Source of the DNA: Octopus bimaculoides
Taxonomy: Eukaryota
Length of the DNA stretch: 64,000 bases
NCBI RefSeq assembly: GCF_001194135.2
Contig: NC_068983.1
Coordinates: forward strand, 130,680,742-130,744,741
Direction of reading: 5' to 3'
This document shows, piece by piece, positions 23,437 through 34,859 of this stretch (position 1 is its first letter; every line of letters begins with the position of its first letter). The notes beneath the pieces were generated by a model, which saw nothing but the letters and a program-made list of their open reading frames with translations, had not been told where the DNA came from and did not search any database. Position numbers and translations under genes: made by a program.

Positions 23437-23777
23437 GTGGGCAATTATGGAGTGAATTTTAGGGCTTATAAATATTTTCCTATCCTTCCTTAATACAGGT
23501 TCCCATATGCTACTCGCATCAGCATTCACTCTGCTTAGGAGTTTGATATGTCCTAATATATGTGCTGCTTTTATTTTTGTTTTCGTATTTTCCAATGGTG
23601 TTCTCTATCTATTATTTTAACTTGACCATTTTTCCATACATGATCATATAGATGTAGAGTGTGCGGAGCAGTCCACAAAACTTTGGATTTATCGATTCGA
23701 AACCTTGGGTAATTCTATGTTGAAGATATAAATTTTTGTTCTAACGTGCGTATATCTATATATATATATATATGCGT

Positions 23778-23827
<50 letters not shown>

Positions 23828-24012
23828 TTATATTTACATTTATGTATTTATGTATTTTAGACTCTATCCATAAAATACTTCTTCAACCTTACCTTTGGTC
23901 TCTTTATCTTTTTGTTTTTATATATTTACATATACATTTATGTATGTATGTATGCACACACACACGCACCTATGCGCGTGCACATACACACACACATACA
24001 CATATATATATA

Positions 24013-25255
24013 TCAGGCTGAGTAAAAAGTAAATAACGTTTTGAAACATGAAATTCATCACAATATATTTCAACAATGCGGAAATTTAATTCATCAAAGT
24101 AAGTACCATTACAATCAATACATTTTTGCTAACGAGTTACAAGTTTGTTTATTCTGGTAACATGAAAATCTGGAGTTCTGGAGTTGAAGAACTCTTTGAA
24201 CGCACTTTCAGCATCGGTTTGATTTTTGAATTCATTCTCTTGCAGGAAACAATCAAGGTGCTTTTAAAAAGTGGTACCCGCTAGGAGAAAGGTCTGGGGA
24301 ATATGCTGCGTGGGGAAGAACTTCGTTGCCAAGTTCCCTCAACTTCTGGAGCATCCTTAGGGAAACATGTGGTGGAGCATTGTCATGAATAAGGATTGGC
24401 CCTCTTGCATTGACTAGTCTGGGACGGAGGAGTAGCAGATTGTCGTTCATTTTGGTAATTTCATGGCAATATGTTTCCGGGTTTTAAACATTTATAGTGA
24501 ATGAGTCCAGCAGTACACCATCAAACAGTCACTATATCATTCTTCTCAAAGATCTTGGGAAGGTCTATGGTGCTTAACTTTGATCAAACCACAGCGAAGA
24601 ACGTTTTCTTTTTTTATTGTACAGAATTCCCTTTCATCGCAAGTTGCAATTCGGTTGAGAAATGGATCGGTTTGGTTACGGAGAAGAGGAAACTATCAAA
24701 TTTCATATCTGCGCATTTTTTGATTTTCATTCAAATCGTCTGGTACCTATTTCTCGAGCATTTTTGTTTTTTCCGATCGCATTCAAATCGTTGCAGGCAG
24801 TTTTCTGGTTAACCTGAAGGTATTTTATTAGTTCTCGAATGGTCTTCTGCGGATCTTTCTCGATTACGGTCTTTAATTGACCGTCATTGATGAAAGATCT
24901 TCAAAGCTCAGGTTTCCACTACGAAATCGTTTAAACCATGTTCGAGCTGACCACTCACTGGTCATTTCCACACCAAACGTTTCGTTGATATTAACAGCAG
25001 TATTACTACTTTGCGTCCTTTTTTGAAGTTGAATAGCAAAATTGCTCGAATATCGCGCTTTCACAGTTCCATTTCAGATGATTGTAACAACAGTGAAAAA
25101 AAATCAATGTTAATTTATTGATGCATTCCGGCAAGTCTAAATCGGTAATATCAGGCAATTGCACAAAAAATGTTTCAAAAAAATTCAGAAATCTGCAAAA
25201 CTTCGGTACAAATTATTCATGGTTCAAAATGTTGCTTGCTTTTTACTCAACCTGA
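24013..25255 (-). mobile_element. Mariner DNA transposon remnant with both TIRs and TA target duplication
   Basis: TIRs tcaggctgagtaaaaagt and ctttttactcaacctga, flanked by TA at 24011-12 and 25256-57. Frames include WFKRFRSG, HDNAPPH and YSPDLSPS.YH. Confidence 0.9.
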
Positions 25256-25384
25256 TATGTACACGTATACATCTACATAGTTTGCATATATATGAATGTA
25301 TTTTTTTATGTATATTTGTATATGCTTATGTGAGATGTTATATTGATTTTATATTGTAAAAACGACTTCTTCGTTAATCTTTTA

Positions 25385-25503
25385 TTCTTAGTAAGCAACA
25401 TTTTGAACCATGAACAATTTCTACCGGATTTTTCCGGAGTTTTGAATATTTTTGAAACAATTTTGTGCAATTGTTTGGTATTACAGACATAGACTTGCCC
25501 AAA
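25385..25503 (+). mobile_element. Inverted partial copy of the mariner 5' end
   Basis: Reverse complement matches 25128-25242. Confidence 0.75.
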
Positions 25504-25876
25504 ACGTTGATAGTAACGCCTTTTTACCTCATTTTATCAAATTATTCATACCTAATGCTAATAATAATCTATCATTATAATAATGATAATAGTGTATCAT
25601 TATAATAATGATAATGTAATGTATACAACCAAATTCACGGATAGCAAACCTTTCCAAGCGTATTTCTTACTTACTTTCGCAGTTTCGTTGATGTCTAGTA
25701 TGCCACCGTGATAATTTTTAGTGAATAATACATACATTGATATATGCAAAATTCTGCAAAGTTTATAGTTGTGCTTTGCCAGTTATTACATTACATGCAA
25801 CGAATTTCAGTTTAGAAAAGTCTATACAATTTTAAAGCACTTAAGAAGACATGATAAATGCGACAGCTGTTATCCC

Positions 25877-26188
25877 GCATTAGATGAAGGAAATTATCTT
25901 GTAAATTTGTTTGCAATTGCTGTACATTGTGGTACATATGACTCAAGCAAAAATACCGATAAATCAGTCTCCCTCGCAGTTGATGGATTAAAATGTGATG
26001 ACCAAATACGATAATATGCAAACACACATGCACACTCACATGTGTGCATATTATCGCATTTGGTTATCTCATTTTAATCCATCAACAGCAAGGGAGACTG
26101 ATTTAATGGTATCTTTGCTTGCGCCATATGTACCACAATCTACAGCAATTGCAAACAAATTTAAAAGATAATTTCCTTCATATAATGT
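25877..26188. repeat. Foldback (near-palindromic) element
   Basis: Arms at 25884-26025 and 26041-26181, with about 13 mismatches in about 140 bp by hand count and a spacer of about 15 nt. Confidence 0.9.
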
Positions 26189-26189
26189 G

Positions 26190-26238
<49 letters not shown>

Positions 26239-27121
26239 TGTATGTATGTATGTATGTATGTATGTATCTTTGTATGTATGTATGTATACATGTATGTATG
26301 TAGGTATGTATGCATAACATATTCCTGGTGCCTATGAGTATGCACTACCTGCTGTAGTTCCTGTGAGTGATAATGGCATTGTTGAGATTTAAGTGGGCGT
26401 TCTACAAATATTCTTATCTGATATTTCTTCCACATTTCTGTTTGGTTTTAATAGAAATTTTCGTTTGAATTTCAACCACTTATGTTTAGATAATACAGAA
26501 CAATGTATTTCAGACTATTATAGTTCGCTGAAATTATTATTTGTACAGAATTCTATAAGTTTTAATGAGCGAATCCAACATATCTCAATCTTTTTCCGTA
26601 GCACTTACCAACTTGGATTTAATAATCGACGTATATATCGATATTGACATTGCACTTTAACAGCAGATGTGAAAAGTTGTCATAATATCAGTCTTCTCAA
26701 AGGCACGTCAAAAACACTGTCTTGTACAACTAACACATTATAATAACCATGATCTTTCACTGCTCTCTGTTTTACGTGGTCACACACACGCATACCCACA
26801 TACACGCTCACAAACACATACACACCGCTTTTATAATGGCCTTTGTTCTCCATAGTTATCTAGTCATCTTTCACCTCCATTTATACAGTGCCAATCCATA
26901 TGTGTCTCCTTCTCTAATCACTCTGGATATTACCAACTCACCATTCCCAGTGTGTTCTCAATTTTCAGTCTTTTCTCCGCAATTTAATCTTTTTCATCAA
27001 CAGTTTAAACGGGATGTTAACGGTATCAATCTCACTGGTCTGGAAGGGGCTTAATGTACTATAGTCAGGGGACTTTTCTCCAGAAACTGCAAATAAAATT
27101 ATGGAGAGAGTAATGAATATA

Positions 27122-27990
27122 CACAGATAGGACAGAAGTAAATAGACACCCTTATAATCATTAAAATTTATTTCAATTTGAAATTATTCATTCAAATTAT
27201 TTATTGATTATTATAATGTGAATGTTTAATATTTAGTTGAAATGACATTTGCATTTTTCAATGCAAGCATCCTATAAGGCATGCTAATGGTCAGATGACG
27301 GATATTCTCTTGGGGAAATTCTTGCCATATGTCCTGCAGTAACCTCAAAAGTTCTGGCTTTGAGGATGCTTTCTTGCTGTTTTTACGAAGTGTCCTATCC
27401 ATTATTTCCCTGAAGTATTCAAAAGGTTTCATATAATGTGAATGTTGCCCTTTGCATTTATGGAAGGTGGGGCTCCTCGTCACACGGCTAAAAGACCCAA
27501 GGTTGGTTGGAAAAGAATGGCATTAAAAACTGCCATGGCCAAGCCAGTCACCAGATATAACAGCTGTTCTGGGACTGATATCAAATTCTTCTTTTATGTC
27601 AGAGGCATTGCAACGAGGATTATCCTCCATGCTTCACTTAGCAAAGCAAAGGGTCCTGTTAGAGGGTCCTTGTGTCCTGAACAAGATGATGTCCATTGTT
27701 TCCTCTCTCTCTCTTTGCTGAATTTCACAATCGCTCTATTAACTGTAGAAAGTGGGATCCAAAGATTTTCTGCGACAAATTTCACATTCAGGTCGATCCA
27801 CAATACGGCTTCTTTGAAATGGGGACAGTCCCAAGACTTCTTTTGTAAGTGGAATGATTAAACAGTCACATATAGAACATGTGGCATAAAAATGTCCATG
27901 TATTAAAAAATAATTAAAATAAACATTTTCAATTAAAATAAGCATAACAAATGTTTTATGGGGTTTCTATTTACTTCTGTTCTGTCTGTG
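27122..27990 (-). mobile_element. Internally deleted Tc1-like DNA transposon
   Basis: 30-bp TIRs (cacagataggacagaagtaaatagacaccc versus the reverse complement of 27961-27990, about 27/30 identical) with TA flanks. Tc1-type C-terminus (SSKPELLRLLQDIWQEFPQENIRHL..SMP.RM.A) and an N-terminal HTH-like PLSTVNRAI. Confidence 0.88.
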
Positions 27991-28479
27991 TACATCAGTA
28001 AACAGCAACGTACACAAAAGACTCCGGTGAATAACAACACAAGCTGAGCAGTGATTACTAAACAATGAAGCAAAATTTAAATACAAAATATCACTTAGAT
28101 TGTGAATAGACAGAAATAATCCACAGTAATTTTTCTACTGTTACTATCCCTATATGTGTACAACTACACTGCAAGTCTCTATATGTACAACTACAATGCA
28201 AGGGTAGAATCAAGCATTGTTACTCAAAATATTATTACGAAACAAAGCTATCCACATAATGTCATCTATTCAATCTAAAAAGCTTTAGAAATACACCCAT
28301 CCAAATAATCACAATGAGAAATCCATTGTTCAACATGAATGATTTGTTAGCAAAAACGTCAAAACTTCCTACTAAGTACACGTGGTTCACTGTATTTTTG
28401 GAAGATTTTCTCTCAGAGCAATATGCCGATGTTTCTTGACGAGGTTTCTGCTACAAATATGGAAAATGGAGTTGAAAGG

Positions 28480-28860
28480 ATTTTGACCCATAAGTAATTC
28501 TTAATTGAAAGTCATGATTCGAATGATGTGTACAGTACGGACTGTCTTCAAGAGACTAAATATCTTGATGGCTTCATTAAAGCCGGTGACGTTAAAATCA
28601 GTATACCACTTCTTTGCCTCGAAAGGCAAGACGCTATTCACTTGGGCCGGTATTTTTTCTCAACTCAGGAAGACTTACTGCCCAAAATCAATGCAAAAAA
28701 TCTTGCAACATAACCAGATATCTAGGACTGAAATTGTTATATGAAATGCTTGATATATTGATATCACTACATTATTATAATTTACTGAGATCGGAAGATT
28801 AAACGACCTTTTAGAAAATCTATATTTAATGCAGTTATCACTGTGTTCTAAGAAAGACGA
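28480..28860 (+). mobile_element. Possible LINE APE endonuclease N-terminal remnant
   Basis: The frame at 28528 contains DCLQETK, an APE motif; the rest is heavily decayed. Confidence 0.35.
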
Positions 28861-29238
28861 AGAAGGCATAAATATCTGTTAATTTGCGTGTGTATCTATA
28901 TATGTAAGTATGTATGTGAGCCTGTATATATGTATGTAATTATGTATGTATGCATATATGTATGTATGCATGGAACAGATGAGAAAAAGGGGATTTTTTT
29001 TAAAACGGGGGCCACATTTTCATTAACGAAACACTTTGAAACTTGGAACACTGGTAGAATGTGTCATACAAAACATCTTTTTCTCTTAGTCTTCTTAAAA
29101 AAAAAGAAATCCCTAAGTTATTCCATGTTAAAGTTGTCGTATTTCTGTAATTTCAACCAATCACTGACGTCCATTCAGCCGATATACATTAAGTGCAGAC
29201 TACATAAACAAACGATTCTGAAACAATTCTATCGGTGA

Positions 29239-29268
29239 TAGGGTTAGGGTTAGGGTTAGGGTTAGGGT
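29239..29268 (+). repeat. Short interstitial (TTAGGG)n array, about 4.5 units
   Basis: tagggttagggttagggttagggttagggt read directly. Confidence 0.9.
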
Positions 29269-30027
29269 AAAACAGCAAATTTAAAAAGAATAANNNNNNN
29301 NNNNNNNNNNNNNNNNNNNNNNNNNNNNNNNNNNNNNNNNNNNNNNNNNNNNNNNNNNNNNNNNNNNNNNNNNNNNNNNNNNNNNNNNNNNNNNNNNNNN
29401 NNNNNNNNNNNNNNNNNNNNNNNNNNNNNNNNNNNNNNNNNNNNNNNNNNNNNNNNNNNNNNNNNNNNNNNNNNNNNNNNNNNNNNNNNNNNNNNNNNNN
29501 NNNNNNNNNNNNNNNNNNNNNNNNNNNNNNNNNNNNNNNNNNNNNNNNNNNNNNNNNNNNNNNNNNNNNNNNNNNNNNNNNNNNNNNNNNNNNNNNNNNN
29601 NNNNNNNNNNNNNNNNNNNNNNNNNNNNNNNNNNNNNNNNNNNNNNNNNNNNNNNNNNNNNNNNNNNNNNNNNNNNNNNNNNNNNNNNNNNNNNNNNNNN
29701 NNNNNNNNNNNNNNNNNNNNNNNNNNNNNNNNNNNNNNNNNNNNNNNNNNNNNNNNNNNNNNNNNNNNNNNNNNNNNNNNNNNNNNNNNNNNNNNNNNNN
29801 NNNNNNNNNNNNNNNNNNNNNNNNNNNNNNNNNNNNNNNNNNNNNNNNNNNNNNNNNNNNNNNNNNNNNNNNNNNNNNNNNNNNNNNNNNNNNNNNNNNN
29901 NNNNNNNNNNNNNNNNNNNNNNNNNNNNNNNNNNNNNNNNNNNNNNNNNNNNNNNNNNNNNNNNNNNNNNNNNNNNNNNNNNNNNNNNNNNNNNNNNNNN
30001 NNNNNNNNNNNNNNNNNNNNNNNNNNN

Positions 30028-30064
<37 letters not shown>

Positions 30065-30085
30065 ATATATATGTGTGTATATATA

Positions 30086-30860
30086 TTCCACCATTCCTGT
30101 TTAATGTTCCTTAGAGTAGTCTGCATTCCCCTGTTCAGCTTACTGTAAGCCTCGTTCGAGTTGGTGTTCAAGGACTGAGAAAGAAGTGTATTGTCTAAGT
30201 TTTGTTTTTCTGGCAGTAGATCATGAATTTCTGCTGATCTATCTGAGAACCAGTCACTAGACTTATGTGATTTAAATCCTACTGATGAAGTTGCAGCCTG
30301 AAATACTTTTGTTTTGAAAACTTCCCATAGATTGTTTTGTCAAGATTGATACTTTCTATAGGATCGTGGAATATTTGCAAGCTGCTTGATAATTTAAAGC
30401 TTGCAACATTTAACTTTTTGGGTGGTTTAGGACCAGACTGTCGATTTTTAGGCATAATCGAAAAATCTATTTTCCACGCCCTAGACAATGGTCAGTGCAG
30501 CTCTCTGCTCACATCATGGCCCGAGCGCTAGAAGCGTCTTTTATAACACGTTTTCTGATCAAACTATAATATATGAGATGCCAGTGCTTAGATATTGGAG
30601 GCATCCAGGTAGTTTTATATTTATTTTTCTGCTTAAACAGAGTCTCCCTGACAATCAGTATTTTCCTTAATGATTGTACTATATCATCATAAAACTCTCG
30701 AAAAGTTTCATCAGCTCTTGCTGGTCCAAATCGGATGTACAATCTATGTGGTTGTCTTTTCCGAACATTGGTTTTAAAAGCCACCTCAGATGCCATGATG
30801 GGTCTAAGGTGTAGGTACAGGTGGTGGTCAAACTGTGCATAAGGAGTAGAAAACCACCAT
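30086..30860 (-). mobile_element. RTE-clade LINE fragment (APE C-terminus and linker)
   Basis: Minus frames KYKTTWMPPISKHWHLI.Y.LIRKR..D...RAM and AYSKL.RGMQTTLRNIKQEWW match RTE/BovB-type ORF motifs. Confidence 0.85.
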
Positions 30861-33039
30861 ATATATATATATATATANNNNNNNNNNNNNNNNNNNNNNN
30901 NNNNNNNNNNNNNNNNNNNNNNNNNNNNNNNNNNNNNNNNNNNNNNNNNNNNNNNNNNNNNNNNNNNNNNNNNNNNNNNNNNNNNNNNNNNNNNNNNNNN
31001 NNNNNNNNNNNNNNNNNNNNNACATCAGAGATGCCCATAAAAGGACATCTGACCCGCTAAAATGAGCAGCCAAAGCTCTACACCACAAATTAGGGATATT
31101 TTCGAAAAGGGATGAAAAATAAAAACATTTACCATCTATATTCCGAACCAGGTTTCAAGTTATTTTAGCAAAACAAATTATTTTGCAAGGCCAACTATCA
31201 TCAGCGGAATAGCCTAGATCGACATGTATGCACGAGGCAGTACAGAGAGAACATGACTTGTGCATATATGTCTAATTTTTCAAACATTACCGTGCATGTG
31301 TGGAATACTTTATCAGCAGCAAATACAAAAAACAAAATACTGATTTTTTTCCGAAATTAGCCAAATACATTTTATCATAATTAATAAGTCTTAGGGTAGC
31401 AAAATATTAAGAAATTTAATTTACTACTATTGGTATAGCGAGAAAAAAAAAATCAGTCAACAGACTATATATTATTCATGTAAAATGCAGTGTACATTTA
31501 ATACACATCAGAGATGCCCATAAAAGGACATCTGACCCGCTAGAAAAGCGATATATATATATATATATATATATAAATTATTAAGAGAGAGAGAGAGAGA
31601 GAGAAAGAAAGATGCCCATGGCATACGCACACATAGCTATACATATACGCATATATATGTGCATGTGTATATATGTCTGAGCATTTATGTGTACATTGTA
31701 TGTCCAAAATCTTTTGTTTAAGTACTAATCTCGACTATAGTCTATATTTCTATTTTCTTGGGCCTCTCTCTAAACAGAAGTAATGAGAGGGCACCACTGA
31801 AGTGTTTGGCTTCCTATGTCCTGTGGAATATCAAATTATAGCTTTCTCGAATAAGTTATTGTATTAATATTATTGAAATACTTATAATCTAAACATAGAA
31901 CATTTTTGAACCGACGTTCTTGAATGCGTACACCATTTGCCACTTTGTGTAAATTGTTGAATATTTCTAATCCAATATATGTAAAGTTACATTCATAGAC
32001 ATTTTCAGACTGTGTATTTTTTTAATAATATATAGTCAGAGAAAATTTATTAAGTTTGGCAAAGCATCGGTCCTTTTCTTTTCTATAGTTCGTTCAGGAC
32101 TGCAATATCAGATAAGATTATCTTGATATATTAACTTCCTACAGTTCCTTGGCATCATATATGACAACGTTTCTACGGAACGTTCTTTAAACAAATGCTG
32201 AATGGCACCAGTTCAAATATTTCTAATCTTGTTCTCAGTTTTTCTATCTAAGTAGTTGTTAATATGTTGTCAGTTTCGCAATTGACAGATTCCAGTCTGT
32301 CATCTCCGAAGCACTAAGACTATCAATTATCGCTCGCTTCCTATTCCTCCTACCTCTCTTTTGTCCATTCTACTTCGCCACATATTCCTGGGGCTATTGC
32401 GAATTGTCTTTTACTAATATACTTCTCCCTCGTCAATCTTGCTTTGCCAAACTTGCTTTTATTGATTAATCACCATTCAAGTACTTTTTTGTTTGTATGT
32501 ATCTTCAAAAGTATTTGGCTCACATTTTAGCAACAACGTTTTAATCACCATTCTTATAACTATTAAGTAATTTCAAATTCGAATTATACTGTGCTAATGT
32601 ATAACATTTTAGTTACATTATTGACTATTACATTTATTTGAGAGAAATACTGGAGGTGTAAAGCTAAGTAGGCACCATGTTTTTAATTGAATGAATTCGC
32701 CGATTAGCAATCTTCATACAAAAAATATGCATACAATATTTAATGAATTCTAATGTTAGACAGGATAATTTTATTTCGACAAAACTATCTTTCCATTAAC
32801 TACTCATTTGTACATTTGTAGTAAAAATTTCCTTTACTTGGTTCAATTGTTGCATAACAATTTCAATATTTCATCTAATGAAATTTGTCGAAATACGCTT
32901 TATACATCAATTAAAACTTAGGTTTAAATATGAAATGGAGTTTTATAAAAAAAAATAACTGTGGGCACTTAATTGTATTTTTGTTCATGACGACAGACAA
33001 CTTCGGTGTGCGATCACGTTGCATATTTTGACCAGTAAA

Positions 33040-34800
33040 ACAACTGGGCGGTATCAGACAACAAATAGGAGAGGCGACAGACTTTCCCCTTGAAAGATTC
33101 CTCTTTTGATATTTACCCCTCCCAGCTTAACTCCCCATGCTGTGATTACAGTTCGCCACGTTGTCATTGAGTTTTTTATTAGCTTCAGGATATTGTGAGA
33201 CTTTAAGCAGATTAAGGCATTCAATAATCCACGTGTGTGGGACCGTGTGATATTCCTTCCTGTACTCCACCCATGACATCGCTAAATTTTTGTCTCTTTT
33301 TGAAATCAGCTAGGATAGTTTTATCGATTAGTAATTGATCCTTCGTTCCTCTACTCTTACGTCTACCCCATTTCTGTTCCACTGGTAGTAGATCGTTCTC
33401 ATCTCGGTATTTATAGATGCTGTTTGGTATGATACCTACCATCAGTTTTCACATCAGTGGCAAACAAGATATTGATCGGAAATTTCCAACGGCATTCCCT
33501 TTACTTGGATTCTTCTGGCATAGTACCGTTCTTACTTTTGTCATCCAAGCTGGTACTTGAATGTTACTATTCAGTATTTCGTCCAGTTTTCTTGCAATTC
33601 TCCTGTGCAGAGCTATCAACCTTTTAAACCAAAAGCCCTGAACCCCATCTGGCCCAGGCGCTTTCGAGTTAGGAATTTTCCTGCACTGATCACTAAACAT
33701 CCCCACAGTTATTCTCAAATCCTCCTTCTGATACTCTCCATTCGCCTCTTTGAGTGTTTCAAACTACTCTGCCTCAATTTCTTGTTGTTCCTCCTGAGAC
33801 CATATATTTGACCAGAATCTTTTATTTTATTCAGCATCCGGCACGGCTTTTTCACCTTCTTCTTTCTCCTCCAGTTCCTGATAAACTTATTTCTTATTTT
33901 GTTCGAAAAGTCTCTTTAATCTGTACTGGTCAATTCTCTATTCATATCTCTTTAGTTTGTGTACATTAGCTTTCAATCTCTGTTTTTATTCCTCAATCGC
34001 AACATTGATTCCTTTTCTCTTCACCCTATACTTCCTCTCTAGCTCGCCATATTACTCTCGCAGAACTTCATTTCTTCCTTTTTTTTCGTTCCAGAATATT
34101 AATATATTTTCTGGTCTCGTTAATAGACTGTGTTATTCTCCTTTTCCACCATAGTTCCTTCAGGTTATGTTGATATTTACGTTTGGCTTTCAAACCTAAC
34201 TTCCGGGCTTTAAAGATCGAGATTGCGTTTATCAGATTGTTGGTGTCTGTGATGCTGTTATTCCTGATATCACCAGTGATATCATTTATCTTCCTGACCC
34301 ATTCATTTAGTCTCTTTATGACTACCTTTTTTAAAATCCCGCATGAAAGCTCTGTTCACTACAGGCCCAAATATCAATGATTTCATTTAAAATGGATATT
34401 TGTTCCTCGATTCTATCATTGCTTTCCTGATCAATAATCTTATCCGCATGCACGCTTTCTTCCTTTACCTCCACTGCCATAGTTTCACAATCCACATTCT
34501 CTTCCTCATCCTTCTGTTCACCGCTGGTCTTACTATCCATAAGAACCTATCTCTTTATGCTTTCTAGTTCATCTGGAGGTAACCATTCCTTCATTCTGAT
34601 GGCTCTATCTTGGTCAATGTTTCTTCTTGCCACATTCTTGATATTTCCTTCAGAATTTCCTGTTAGGCATTTGTTTTACACTTTTTGCAGTCTTACTGGG
34701 TGGTGTGTCCTCTTATCATCGACACAATTAGGTTGGTGGAGCTCTCTTCTGTACTTATATACTTACGTTGAGATTCAGTGCAGATCCTTAAACTGTTCAT
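33040..34800 (-). mobile_element. R4/Dong-like retrotransposon, 5' half (N-terminus to RT QG.SLSP)
   Basis: [39 protein letters not shown] and GIFQGESLSPLLF, with frameshifts. Confidence 0.88.
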
Positions 34801-34859
34801 GTTGCCTTATTATTATTATCATATACACTCAAAAGATTAAACTCTTAAAAAAGAAAAAA

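Larger units (their letters stand above)
23170..23700 (-). mobile_element. Penelope-like element family P1, 3' fragment: GIY-YIG ORF end, tRNA-like module, microsatellite, hammerhead
   Basis: Minus frames DHVWKNGQVKIIDREHHWKIRK and KIKAAHILGHIKLLSRVNADASSIWEPVLRK match the PLE endonuclease C-terminus; colinear with 3608-3929. Confidence 0.8.

Noticed and set aside
29239-29268. True chromosome end
   Set aside because: Only about 4.5 units, followed by non-telomeric sequence.
30292-30310. CTGATGA...GAAA hammerhead-like string
   Set aside because: It lies antisense inside the RTE ORF, with only a 2-bp stem II and no stem I pairing.
31022-31542. CRISPR array
   Set aside because: Only two repeats, a 445-bp interval, eukaryotic context and no cas genes.
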